A stretch of 60,999 nucleotides of DNA, the filler included, from Globobulimina sp. (Eukaryota), in the NCBI GenBank assembly GCA_003354225.1. It is 17 parts of 17 records of this genome, joined end to end, with 100 filler letters (N's around TTAATTAATTAA, not from the genome) between each part and the next. Parts side by side here need not be neighbours in the genome. Positions count along the whole stretch, not along the records: positions 21,579 to 25,073 come from PIVH01002668.1; positions 25,174 to 28,668 come from PIVH01002669.1; positions 28,769 to 32,262 come from PIVH01002670.1; positions 32,363 to 35,856 come from PIVH01002671.1; 13 more parts are not named here. One strand, written 5' to 3'. The translations under genes were made by a program, and so were the position numbers. The notes under the pieces are model-generated. The model was not told the DNA's origin and ran no database searches. It saw only the letters and a list, made by a program, of their open reading frames with translations. How positions within the stretch are numbered: the stretch's first letter is position 1; each line of letters starts with the position of its first letter. Of the stretch, positions 22,657 to 33,950 are shown piece by piece.

Positions 22657-22940
22657 CACCAGCAAATTAAATATAATATTTATGTTTGTATACTAATATT
22701 TAAATGATGCAAACCAAAATCTGAATTAATTTAGTAAATCATCGCCATAATACGAGAGAAACGCGTGCAAAAACGTTGACACATAAAAATAGAAAAAAAC
22801 AAAGGGTACAAACAAAATGCGAATCAGATTATAAATAAAAAAAATAAAATAAAAAAAATTTACGACAATATTGTGATAAAATTAGGCTGCTATATGTATA
22901 GCTATTTATGTATTTAGACAGTATATTCCATTTTGTAATT

Positions 22941-23648
22941 TCACATTTTAACAAAATAAAACCAAAACAAAAATAAGGAGACATGAGAGCATCCATCAAA
23001 AAACACCCATTTATCACCATTTAATTTCCATTTATTGCCATATTTTAGTGACGTAATTGGTACAATAAAATATAACATTTCAAATACAGATATTAACCAA
23101 TTTAACGAGATATAAATCCATGAAATAAATATAATTTTACAAACGGCAAAGCATAATAAATGACAATCTGTCCATTTGATGACAAAATATTCTTCAATTA
23201 TTCTTTGAATAAAACATCCTTCAAATATAAATATATACGCTGCTATGCACGAGATATCATTACATGTAAACAACCAAAATAATTCAAATAATACCACTAA
23301 AATAAAAAAGTTTTTTGATGAACTTAAACGTTCTAAATATATCATTGCGGTACAAAATAAAATATTTATTAACATAAAATATCGGAAATTTATTATTGCA
23401 GATAAGCCATTCATCCATGAAATTAATAATTGACATATAAACCAAATACATGATGCCAATATTTTCCCTTTTTTAGGATCTACTATGATGGATGCTGAAT
23501 AATGACCAATTACTTTAAATATTACTAATACACATTGAACAATGACCAACTGGCACATTGTAAATAAGATGGGTTGTGGTTGTGATTGTGATTGCATTTC
23601 AATTACTTCACAATCGTCATATACCTCAAGTGACGTAACATTTGACAT
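22941..23648 (-). CDS. Multi-pass membrane protein, hypothetical
   Basis: 235-aa ORF with several hydrophobic segments; no family recognised. Confidence 0.55.
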   Translation of the reverse strand: MSNVTSLEVYDDCEVIEMQSQSQPQPILFTMCQLVIVQCVLVIFKVIGHYSASIIVDPKKGKILASCIWFICQLLISWMNGLSAIINFRYFMLINILFCTAMIYLERLSSSKNFFILVVLFELFWLFTCNDISCIAAYIFIFEGCFIQRIIEEYFVIKWTDCHLLCFAVCKIIFISWIYISLNWLISVFEMLYFIVPITSLKYGNKWKLNGDKWVFFDGCSHVSLFLFWFYFVKM

Positions 23649-23714
23649 GAAGTTGAACTTGAAGGAGCTACTAGTAGTACTAGGTCAAAATTGGACGTTT
23701 TTTTCTGTGAAATC

Positions 23715-25073
23715 ATGGCGTACCTTGAATGTGAAGAAAGCGATATCGATTCTGTTAAGTTTGAAACATATTACTTTAACTATTGCATATATCGATATGT
23801 ATCAACCAAAAAGGGATTAGATGAACTGATATCGCTCATTTTACCTCAAGTTGACGCAGAAATTAAAAACAATCCCCAGTCTCGTGAAATGTTAAACGGC
23901 TCACCACCACTAAATGCAGAAGAACATCCAATAAATTTAATACCATTTGTTCCTAAAACACAAAACGCTGAAAACCAGGATAAACACGAACAGAAAACGC
24001 ATGTTTTAATACCAAAACAACAAAAACAATCACCATTAATGTTGGCAAATCCATTTAGTAATTCTGAAATGCCTGGAAACAGCACCAATAATTATAAAGA
24101 TCCAGTTACTTAAATTCATATGCAATGATTGCAATCCTTCCCTTTTAATAATTTATTTTTGTTTTAGATTAAAGAGATTGAGGATGGTTTGAATGAAATA
24201 GATGAAGACTTTAATGGTTATATTGATTTTAGTGAATTTGGAGAAGTAATGGAGTTTATTGATAATACAATAATACATGGCGAAATTGATGCAATTTATG
24301 ATTTTATTACACGTAAATATCCATCGGATACATGTATCGGCGAATTAAATATTAAAATATTTATAAAATACTTGCGAGATAAATATAATGAGTATAAAAA
24401 GAAATATAATTCAAATTATAATGCTGTGGCTATGCCTAAGAAGGTGATACGTATTGCATTTGGGGATATATTTAATAACAATAATGATGATAAGAGAGGC
24501 AATGAGATTACTACCACAAATCTGTGGGGTGTACATGTTAAACAATTGTCGCCGTTGGAGAGATTGCAGAAAATATTAGAAGAAGAAAGCGACTCTTTGG
24601 ATTTTCCTGAATTTGAATCGGCAATGAATAATTTAGGTGTTCTATTTGAGAAAGAGAGCAATAAACAAATATTATTTCAACATTTTATTCATTCACAATT
24701 GCAATCCATGTCAATTACCTCCAAACATTTACATAAAAGGAAGGAATTAAATATCGCATTTTTTATAAAATATATAACTACAAAAGTAAAAGACTATAAA
24801 TTGGAATCAATGCAACCAAAACAAATATTAACTGTTGCATTCAATGAATTATTAAAAAATGGAATAAAATCTGATCTACACAAAGGATTACATAAAAATA
24901 AAAATACATTGGATTTGTCTCAAGATGATAGTGATGACAGTAATGATGTTAATCCCTATTTAGATGGTGTTTTGATGGGTGGATTGCAAAAAGAATTCGC
25001 GCCGGAAAAGATAAAAAAGTTTGAACACACTCATTCGGTGCAAAATGAGAAGAGACATCGGAAATTAGTGAGA
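23715..25073 (+). CDS. EF-hand calcium-binding protein; intron 24105-24167; 3'-truncated
   Basis: Canonical loop DEDFNGYIDFSEF after a 63-nt GT..AG intron; a degenerate second loop (ESDSLDFPEF). Confidence 0.75.
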
Positions 25074-25350
25074 NNNNNNNNNNNNNNNNNNNNNNNNNNN
25101 NNNNNNNNNNNNNNNNNTTAATTAATTAANNNNNNNNNNNNNNNNNNNNNNNNNNNNNNNNNNNNNNNNNNNNTATGTGCAGCATATTGCTTCAGTTGTA
25201 CATACAACCTTGTTTTAGATTTATTGCATGACTCTGAAATTTCTTGCCATATTATGATGGAAAAATATAAAAAATAAAATTATTACAAAAAAAAAATCCA
25301 GATTTACCAGTTCAGAGTCAAGTGAGTCAATTTACAGCGCCTTGTCTTTA

Positions 25351-25539
25351 ATGAATGGCGTGGATGATCATGAACAGAATGTGAATGAACAGAATGTAAA
25401 TTTTGAGATTTCTGTGTCACAACAAACGTCTATCAATTTAGTGCTTATATTTGTATTATTTTTGTTTGTGTGTTTTTTTACTTTTTTATGTATTTATCAA
25501 TATAAAGCACCGCCAGCCGCCATTACTAATATTGTATGA
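25351..25539 (+). CDS. Possible small single-TM protein
   Basis: Short ORF with an (EQNVN)x2 repeat and one hydrophobic helix. Confidence 0.25.
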   Translation: MNGVDDHEQNVNEQNVNFEISVSQQTSINLVLIFVLFLFVCFFTFLCIYQYKAPPAAITNIV

Positions 25540-26211
25540 TGTTTTTATTTATTTATAGTTCTTTTTTCTGTTTTATTTTGCTATTATTTATAATTCTCAA
25601 TTTTTTTATTAAACTAATTATTTTTATCTATTAAATTGAGGCTCTTCCTGCATAATATTGCCAGATAAACCTCAATTAATTTATTCTATTTTTTCTTCTA
25701 CTTTTTTTTTAATTTGTAATAATTTTAAATTAATTTTGATATTTTGTCGATCAAATTGTCAAATCAAACCTGACTGCTCTGATGGCCTCGGCTCTTACTC
25801 TAATATGATGCGTATAAAAGTGTTTAAACAATTCGAAATATGCGCCTTCCTTTTTTTCAACATTTTTTGAAGAATCAATGCGTCGCAAATACAGCATTTT
25901 TGGAACACGCACAACCAATTTCTAAAATTCTAAATTTTTAAACAAGCTAAAAACAGTTTTTGATTTAATTTAAGGATTCTGTCTAATTTTAGTGTCTAAG
26001 TTGATACACTTTCTTATTCGCTTCCTTCTTTTTTTTGTTTATTTTAACAATTAATATCTATATGATCTGCTAAAACCAATTGCAAGCAATAGACAGAAAA
26101 ACAATATTCACCATTTGATTTAATGTATTTTTTGAAGAACCTAACATTGCCAAACGCATTGCAATTAATATAGAGAATGGTGATAACTTTATTCTTTTTA
26201 TCATTTATCAA

Positions 26212-27029
26212 ATGCTGTCAATATTAATTCGGATTTATTATTTAATTTATTGGTGTTGCATAACAAGGTTTATTTGTTTGTTTGTTTATTTTCACAGAGG
26301 CAATAGATTTATATTCGTCACAACTTTCTGCTTTAATTTCATTGATATTAATTGTGAGCCACATGCTGCGATTAACCATGCCATATTAGGTCCGATGCAT
26401 ACAATCTATAACATATACATCCATCGCTAGTTTACAAACCACACAGATAAAAAAGGTAGATTCCGTATCCAGACACGAGGTTCAATCTATCTCATAAAAG
26501 CATTGTGGCAAATCGCAGGATTCATATATTGTTTAGTCAACATTTTTATTATTTGAATGAAGATACTGTTACAACGCAGAATTAAAGTATATAATATTTG
26601 CGCATTAGTCACAGCTTATTATTGTTGGGAAATGTCTACAAACCGATATGCAAAGTTACAGCAAAGCATCGCCATTCATCATTGGTGCTCGTGCATCGCA
26701 GCTGTATCCATCATATATTTTGATAGATTTTCACCATTATTTACATGGTATTGTGTCATTGGTTTATTTTCTGCAGGAATACCAATCAATATTTCATTAT
26801 GTATCCGTTCCTCCAGCAAACGATATAAAATAATGCATAAATACACGAACCATTGGGAATTAATAATAATGATAATGAAGCATTGCCGTCTAAGCTATTT
26901 AGCGATAATTATTCAACATATTTAAGTAATTATACGAAACAGCTGTATCTCGATGGTGATATTACTAGCGATGGCGACATAATACCCAGCTTTATATAGC
27001 ATGATTCGTTGCATTTTTCTGCAATGAGC
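26212..27029 (+). pseudogene. Decayed membrane-protein gene, TLC (TRAM/LAG1/CLN8)-like
   Basis: One frame stays protein-like across in-frame stops TAG (26428), TGA (26554) and TAA (26923); motif AYYCWEM...IAIHHW resembles the TLC HH helix. Confidence 0.5.
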
Positions 27030-27134
27030 AGTGGTAAACATAAAGACAATTAATGCAAATTCTGGATTGGTTGAATTGAGCGCATTGAACGAAAGTGAGT
27101 CAAAATCGCAGTGAAATTAGTTAAATTAAATCCG

Positions 27135-27185
27135 TACATAACCTCAACGACTACAGATACAACACTCAGATACATAACCTCAACG
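27135..27185 (+). repeat. 15-bp direct repeat upstream of the 7TM gene
   Basis: TACATAACCTCAACG at 27135-27149 and 27171-27185. Confidence 0.85.
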
Positions 27186-27211
27186 TATAATTTTAGAAAT
27201 ATTATTCAAAA

Positions 27212-28627
27212 ATGAGAAACCTGCCAGATAAATATCGTTTTTGTCCCGGTCGGATTAAAAACAGCTTAAAAACATTTAATCTAAGAAAAAACTGGTACTC
27301 TTTTTTTTTCAATGTCATCGCCATGCTAATCATTCTAATAATATCGACCATTATCGTGGGACTATGCATCGTGTTGCATTTCCATCAACATTTTAGATCA
27401 TGTATTATCAATGAAGAATTTGATTTTTTCCCCGTTTCATTCTTATTATATATGATTTTCATGTTTATTATTTGTGGTTTAATTACACTCAAATATATGT
27501 ACACCGAAACAACCTCATTTATCCCATATTTTTATTACAACGATGAATTTATGGGCAAAGCGCCCTATCCATTTTTGAACGACACATTCACCAAAACAAG
27601 CAATCTCAGAGTCTCATCATCCATTGACATCTTCATATATTGTTCCATCATTATCGCAATGGTTTGGGAGTCGTTGTTTTCATTCTACCGCTATTATACC
27701 ACTATAATTTCAGCCAAATACTTCTATTCGCCCAAATTCTCCACAGTCATGAAACGTTTCTCTATTTATATGGTTGTATTCGTCCTCTTATTCGTTGTGC
27801 AGACACAGCTGTATTACTGGCTATTTCCTCTCGTCTTCCTCTGCCATTTCGTAATGAACATTTATTGCATTTCAAAGGTGGCGCATATTTTAGTCGCATC
27901 CTTCCGACAGTTATCAAACAGAGTGAAAACCAATTCGGCTTTTGTCAATTTTCAAAAAGATTTGATTCGAGGCGTTAAAACAATGTGTTACTTATCTCTC
28001 ACTTCCTGCATATTGTCATCACTTTACATATTATCATTTGTCGCCACGTACAATATGCAAATTACTTATTATTTCCCTGTCATTTGGTGTTTATCAGTCA
28101 GTTGTTATTTGTTTAACTTTGTGAGAAATCAGCACTTTATCAAAGACAAATTATGTGTTTCCAAATCAACAAACAACTCAAACAATGTACAAACCCGAAA
28201 CAGGCAATGTATGCAACGCAATCCACATCAAAATGGCAACCAAGGCGTAAATTTAGCGTTGGAATTACCGACTTACAGTCCCAAAGCAGACAAATTTGTG
28301 GTTTATGTGGAAAATGTTGACACGGAAAACAAAGTAAACACTCCAGAAACACCGTTGATAAAAATAGAAACGTTCACATCGAAAAGCGTCAGTTACATCA
28401 GTCAGAAACATGTCGATGGTCAGAGGAACTCCTTTAAACTACCAATCTTTACTAACAATGGCAATACAAATGATAAAAAATCACGTTCGACGGGCAATTT
28501 AATGTCATTTGACACAAAGAAAAGAGTTAATAAATCAAACAGTGATAAGAGGATCCACGAGTTACCATTGATTGATACGCAATGTATTGATGACAAAGTT
28601 GCCAATTCAGATGCGAGCAACAGTTAA
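27212..28627 (+). CDS. Seven-TM (GPCR-like topology) membrane protein with a long cytoplasmic tail
   Basis: About 7 hydrophobic helices; FYRYY after TM3 (DRY-like position); hydrophilic Ser/Asn-rich C-tail. The true start may be the second Met. Confidence 0.6.
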   Translation: MRNLPDKYRFCPGRIKNSLKTFNLRKNWYSFFFNVIAMLIILIISTIIVGLCIVLHFHQHFRSCIINEEFDFFPVSFLLYMIFMFIICGLITLKYMYTETTSFIPYFYYNDEFMGKAPYPFLNDTFTKTSNLRVSSSIDIFIYCSIIIAMVWESLFSFYRYYTTIISAKYFYSPKFSTVMKRFSIYMVVFVLLFVVQTQLYYWLFPLVFLCHFVMNIYCISKVAHILVASFRQLSNRVKTNSAFVNFQKDLIRGVKTMCYLSLTSCILSSLYILSFVATYNMQITYYFPVIWCLSVSCYLFNFVRNQHFIKDKLCVSKSTNNSNNVQTRNRQCMQRNPHQNGNQGVNLALELPTYSPKADKFVVYVENVDTENKVNTPETPLIKIETFTSKSVSYISQKHVDGQRNSFKLPIFTNNGNTNDKKSRSTGNLMSFDTKKRVNKSNSDKRIHELPLIDTQCIDDKVANSDASNS

Positions 28628-28768
28628 ATCTATATTTGTGTACATTGTTTCTCTTTGATGTATATACANNNNNNNNNNNNNNNNNNNNNNNNNNNNNNNN
28701 NNNNNNNNNNNNTTAATTAATTAANNNNNNNNNNNNNNNNNNNNNNNNNNNNNNNNNNNNNNNNNNNN

Positions 28769-30121
28769 GTAACATTGTTCTTACAATTTTTGTGGTATAT
28801 GTGTTGTGGCTCGCGATGGTTGTTTGATGTGAATGTATTTCAAACTTGGCGCTGGATTTACGCTGATTTTTGGGACCTCAGTGTATTGTGTCCGTGTTGT
28901 ATGGCTTTTAGTTGCTGCAAGAAATCAAACTCTCAGTCAAAGCCACACAGTCGCGATCGTTCATATCATGATTATACAAAATCTGAATTGATTTTATCCA
29001 CTCAAAAACCGCGTAGAAGTCACAGACCGAATGACGATGTTCAGAGCAGTAAATTACAGGAGATCGCACCGGATAAGTTAGCGGATTTAATTGTTGATGG
29101 AGATTATGCAAAAGGTGCAATTGATTCAGTATCAAAACAAAGAAAAACATGTTGTTTCTGTTGTGTCAAACAAAGGACCAAATCGCAATGGTTACAACAA
29201 GAAATTGCGCGTTATCACAGTTTAACTGTTGAGCGGAAACAGCAACGAAGAGAAACAATGAAAATGACGCCAACTTTGATACAAACTCAAATTTTAAGTA
29301 AGACCAAAGAGAAAAGTAACTTATTATATGTATCAGAATCGGATGATTCATCCTCGTCGAGTTCGGATGAAAAAACACATTTAAATAAAGCAAGAGAATC
29401 GGTACAAAATGTTCGTTTTGAGGATGATAAAAGTTATATATTTGAGGAAATGTTAAGTAAAATGAAAAGATATAAGACCAATGATAAGAGAGTATGTCGC
29501 AGGGAAATGCAAAGAAATCGTCGTTTGAATAAAGTTCGAAAAGATTTTGAAAAAATGAAGAAAAAACAAAAACAGCAAAGTTTTGTGTTTCGCTTAAAAA
29601 ACTGGTACAATCGGTGGGGATTTGTAGATAATGAGACCTTTTGCCCAAACTGTTTTATTGGATCGCCAGCAAACTCGATATATGAATATGGCACAATCGA
29701 AGGGTTTATAGGTTCGGTGGAGAAGCAGTTTGAATATGTCATTAAACGGAATGACCGGATGTCGTTACGGCGGTCATTGCAAGATTGTATTTTGTGCCAA
29801 AGATGTTTTTTCCCATTGCATATGAATAAATTTCATGATGAGAGGAAGACACGATTTCAAATTATGGTTGAAATTACCTCTACATATTTTTTTTATGTAT
29901 TGGTATGGATGCCGTTACAAATTCTAATATTACCATTTGGTTTAATCGGTTTACTTAGACGGAAAACTAAAGAATATGGCTCTGCGCAATATTTGTTATG
30001 GCAAATTGAAGAAACTAAAAATTTCCATGATGTTCACGGCCAATTGTTGCCTGATCATACTTATAATGTTGACAAATGTGCAGACTCTTATCAACATAAA
30101 AAGAAAATTACATTTGAATGA
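28769..30121 (+). CDS. Hypothetical protein with Cys clusters, a CxxC...CxxC pair and a C-terminal TM; probably 5'-truncated
   Basis: 448-aa ORF; FCPNC and LCQRC; TM YFFYVLVWMPLQILILPFGLIGLL. Confidence 0.65.
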   Translation, partial: VTLFLQFLWYMCCGSRWLFDVNVFQTWRWIYADFWDLSVLCPCCMAFSCCKKSNSQSKPHSRDRSYHDYTKSELILSTQKPRRSHRPNDDVQSSKLQEIAPDKLADLIVDGDYAKGAIDSVSKQRKTCCFCCVKQRTKSQWLQQEIARYHSLTVERKQQRRETMKMTPTLIQTQILSKTKEKSNLLYVSESDDSSSSSSDEKTHLNKARESVQNVRFEDDKSYIFEEMLSKMKRYKTNDKRVCRREMQRNRRLNKVRKDFEKMKKKQKQQSFVFRLKNWYNRWGFVDNETFCPNCFIGSPANSIYEYGTIEGFIGSVEKQFEYVIKRNDRMSLRRSLQDCILCQRCFFPLHMNKFHDERKTRFQIMVEITSTYFFYVLVWMPLQILILPFGLIGLLRRKTKEYGSAQYLLWQIEETKNFHDVHGQLLPDHTYNVDKCADSYQHKKKITFE

Positions 30122-30536
30122 TTTTTTTTTGATTTCTTACTTTATTTCTTTATATACAATATACATTATAATTATTTTTATATACAATATACAACATAAT
30201 TTTACTCGGACATTTAAATTAAAGTTTTCGTCCTTTGTATGTAGTCACAACATGTATTTGTATATATTTATTGTATATTGTATTATTTGTATAGCGCTGT
30301 ATATATTTATACTATATATTATTTTTTGTACATTATATATATATATATATAATTAAATTCAATGAAGGCCGGGGCTTAATTACGTATCCACCTCAAATGA
30401 GAAACACAATGTATTTCTTGAAAGTTTGAGCGTATATACAAGATAACTAATTTGTATTTAGCTGACTGAGAATGTTTTAACTCACACAAAGCCAGCTACT
30501 TTTTCACAAGTTTTTTAAATTAATGATTGTGAAACG

Positions 30537-32262
30537 ATGGAAAATAATCCCGATCCAACAAATATAGTATTAGATGAAGAATTTGATCCGCATTATGTTC
30601 CAACAAAAGAAGAAATTAAAGAGTATGCTGAATTCATTGGAATGGATCTTAACAACAAAGAAGAGATGGAATTGTTGTGGATCGCAGAAAAGGGATTAAA
30701 AGCACCATTACCGTCAGAATGGAAGCCGTGTAAAACTAATGATGATGATATCTATTATTTCAATTTCGAAACAGGTGAAAGTCTTTGGGAGCATCCATGT
30801 GATGAATATTACAAACAATTATTTAAAACGGAAAAAGAAAAAAAACAAAAAACACAAAACAAGCAAAAACAAAATAAAAAAATTCAAGAAAATTTTGATT
30901 CCATTTTTCAAAACGAAATTGAGAAAATATTAGATTCAGATTCATCAAATTCATTACATTCATCAAACACATTACACTCATCACATTCGTCGCTGTTTGA
31001 AGCCACAAAAAAAGAAAAAATGAAAGCAATAGAAAAGAAATTAGAATCTGAAATGAAATTATTTCACGAAAAACTACAGAAAACACTTAAAAATAAAGAA
31101 ACAATGTTGCGAAATCGATATGAAAATGAATTAAAAGAATTAGTCACAAAATTGGAATTAAAAAATACAAAAGAAATAGAAATAAAATCAAAACAACTAA
31201 TTATTACGAATAATAAACATAAAAATGACATATTACGCAAGCAAAAAATTGCGATTGTAAATTTAAAGCAAAAACATGAAATATATACAAAAACTCTTTG
31301 TGATACAATGAATGAGGAAAATAATATTACATTGCAAAAACTGAAAATTGAGAATAAAAAAGAATTAAATCGATTAAATCAAGAATTGAATGAAGAAAAA
31401 TTAAAATACGAAACAGAGTTAAAAGAATTACCTGGAAAAAAAGAAAAAATATTAAAAGAATACAAACAAAAATACGAAAAAGAACACGAAAATTGGATCA
31501 ATGAAAAACAAAAACATTATCAACAAAATAAAGAGAAACATGTTAAACAATTTGAAAATGACATAAAAAAATTGCACATAACACAAGAAAAAGAAATAGA
31601 AAATATGCAAACTAAAATAAAACGGATTAGACAGCAAAATGAAGAGCAATTAAAGCAAATTAATAATGAAAATCAAGAAATATTGAAACAAATTAACCAA
31701 AAAAATCGGGAAAATCAAGAAAATCAAGTAACATTAAAACAAATTAACAAAGAAAATCAAGAAAATAAAAAATATAAAATGAAGCGTCAGAATTTATTGA
31801 ATGAATTAGTATTAAAAAACAATGGCAATTTACAGCAAGAAATATCAGAGTTAACTAAGGAAAATAATAAATTGCAAAAACAAATACAAGAAATACGAGA
31901 AATGCAAAAAAATAAAGAGAATGATGTTGAGATTGATGATATTGATGACAATGAATCATTTTCTTCGCAGTTTACTCAATTTACCGGCTTGCAACCAATG
32001 GAGGAATCAAATGAGATCACCGAGATTCCGTCCAATATCAGTTTATGGTCTCAATATTTACAAAAAGAACACGAATCAATCCATCATTTAACCAAAGAAA
32101 TAAATTTTCAAAAAAAAGTAACGAGGGACAAACAAAGAAAATTAAAAACGTTACAAAGTGAATGGAAAAAAGACCGAGATAAATATACAAAAGAAATCTT
32201 AATAAACAATAATAAAAAGCAATGTAATGACATAAAAAGATTGAAACAACAAAAATATGAAA
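30537..32262 (+). CDS. CEP164: CEP164-like centriole distal-appendage protein (N-terminal WW domain + coiled coil); 3'-truncated
   Basis: VLDEEFDPHYVPTKEEIKEYAEFIGMD...ELLWIAEKGLKAPLPSEWKPC...IYYFNFETGESLWEHPCDEYYK is the diagnostic CEP164 N-terminus. Confidence 0.85.
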
Positions 32263-32362
32263 NNNNNNNNNNNNNNNNNNNNNNNNNNNNNNNNNNNNNN
32301 NNNNNNTTAATTAATTAANNNNNNNNNNNNNNNNNNNNNNNNNNNNNNNNNNNNNNNNNNNN

Positions 32363-32503
32363 TGTCAATGCCTTTAGGGGTGATGGGGGTAAAACGATTT
32401 TATCAGATTTTTCCAAATCAAAGGCAGTCTCGTTTTTTTGCCAAAATGCGGCAGAAAATACACGAAATTTTTGTTGAAATGCTTTCTTTTGATTGGACCA
32501 CAT
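32363..32503 (-). CDS. UFD1: N-terminus of a UFD1-like ubiquitin fusion degradation protein (truncated by contig end)
   Basis: FQQKFRVFS...DLEKSDKIVLPPSPLKAL matches the UFD1 motif GGKIxLPPSAL. Confidence 0.65.
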
Positions 32504-32865
32504 ATTATTTCTAACTATAGTGTATATTTAGGAGTTGCTTATTTTAAAAACGTTGACATTAAAAATGTAAAAAGAAATTGACTGTGTCTAACTAACGGTT
32601 TTTGAAACGTTAACTTTACACTGCGATGGTTATGACAAACCCAGTACAAATCCAAGACAAATCTATAGCAAACTGTTTCTGGATTTGCAAACAGTTAATT
32701 TCGTTAAAAGTGGTGTGGTGTCATGGTGTTATCACATCTGAGGCTGATGTAAATGTGTAAGATTTTGAGGACAACAAAAAACTCACCATCACTGTTTAAG
32801 TGGATTTCATTATAATTAGCAAGAAAAGAATTAAATTCAGTCTTTTACAATCACAACAGATATCG

Positions 32866-33723
32866 ATGCGCGAAAACAAGCGGCTTTTGTGTTCGTTATT
32901 ATGTCTATTTCTCATGTTTCTGACTGCTATCTATGTGATAGTTATACGCCCGATATATAATAATAAGAGTACGCCACATAATATTTATGTATCAGTATCA
33001 GTCACCGCCCTATGTGTGACGTTTAGCGTTTTTCTATATTGTAAACAAAGAAGTAATGGTAATGGTAATGGTAATGGTCAATTTAAGGATAAGGGCAATT
33101 TAAATATTATTAACAATAACAATAATTATAATTATAATCAGTTAACGTTTAATCACTTTGATGTTGAATCTAAATATGTTGAATCAACAATTACTACTTA
33201 TAATACCCTGTATGTGTTGCTATGGCCAGAGGCAGAGGATTTGGTGCAATTAATTGCCGAATATGCGGCCACGCTCTCTACCAAATGCAGTCATTGCGAG
33301 GATACGTTCGGATTTATCGAATGCTTCCTAGATTACGAAGAATATAATGGCTCCATAGTGGTCTGTGACGAGGACGACAATATTCGCTATTATTTGAATG
33401 TAGAGGAATGGCGATGGTACGTGTCGAAACCAGAAGAGATTTTCGCCGAATATTATGGCGATCCGATGATGACTGTTTTATGTATTCCGTGTGGGATGCA
33501 ATGGAAATGCGAAATATGTTCGTTACAAGCTCTAGAATGGACATACGACGCATTGTTTACAGCGGGCGGTTGTTCTTTATGTACAAAAAACATTTGCGAT
33601 GACTGCTCTATTTTTGATAAAGATTCGGTACTTTGCTACAGTTGTTTTGAGAAAATGAGTTCAAGCGAGTCCAAAGACGATGAGAATAACGATATTAGTA
33701 AATGGCACTTTCAATTCGATTAA
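32866..33723 (+). CDS. Two-TM protein with C-terminal Cys-rich zinc-binding motifs, hypothetical
   Basis: Two N-terminal hydrophobic helices; CxxC pairs CSHC, CIPC, CEIC, CSLC, CDDC, CYSC. Confidence 0.7.
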   Translation: MRENKRLLCSLLCLFLMFLTAIYVIVIRPIYNNKSTPHNIYVSVSVTALCVTFSVFLYCKQRSNGNGNGNGQFKDKGNLNIINNNNNYNYNQLTFNHFDVESKYVESTITTYNTLYVLLWPEAEDLVQLIAEYAATLSTKCSHCEDTFGFIECFLDYEEYNGSIVVCDEDDNIRYYLNVEEWRWYVSKPEEIFAEYYGDPMMTVLCIPCGMQWKCEICSLQALEWTYDALFTAGGCSLCTKNICDDCSIFDKDSVLCYSCFEKMSSSESKDDENNDISKWHFQFD

Positions 33724-33817
33724 ATTTTTGTATACTACATTTTTATTTATTTATTTATTTTTGTATAAATTATTTAATTATGTTGAGTTTGGCATTATTG
33801 TACAGTTAACATAATAT

Positions 33818-33936
33818 TGTAATTCTTTATTTTTTTTGGGCCTTCTTTTATTTTTTATTTCATTATTTTGTCCAATGTTTAGAAGATATACTTAGGGGGC
33901 TATACTTAGGGGGCTATAAATGATCAATATATTACA
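33818..33936 (-). repeat. Putative 3' LTR (119 bp) of the gypsy-like element
   Basis: Begins TGTAAT immediately after the purine tract AAAAAAGGGGG-TAA and ends ATTACA (6-bp terminal inverted repeat); contains AATAAA and a 14-bp tandem repeat TATACTTAGGGGGC x2 (33887-33914). Confidence 0.7.
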
Positions 33937-33950
33937 TTACCCCCTTTTTT
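33937..33950 (-). other. Polypurine tract (plus-strand priming site)
   Basis: AAAAAAGGGGGTAA directly abuts TG on the integrase-coding strand. Confidence 0.75.

Noticed and set aside
26212-27029. Alternative genetic code (stop-codon reassignment)
   Set aside because: Conserved genes read through in the standard code and end in TAA, TAG or TGA; in-frame stops of all three kinds are confined to decayed regions and introns.
33887-33914. Telomeric repeat (TTAGGG)
   Set aside because: Only two copies within a 14-bp unit inside the putative LTR; not a telomere array.
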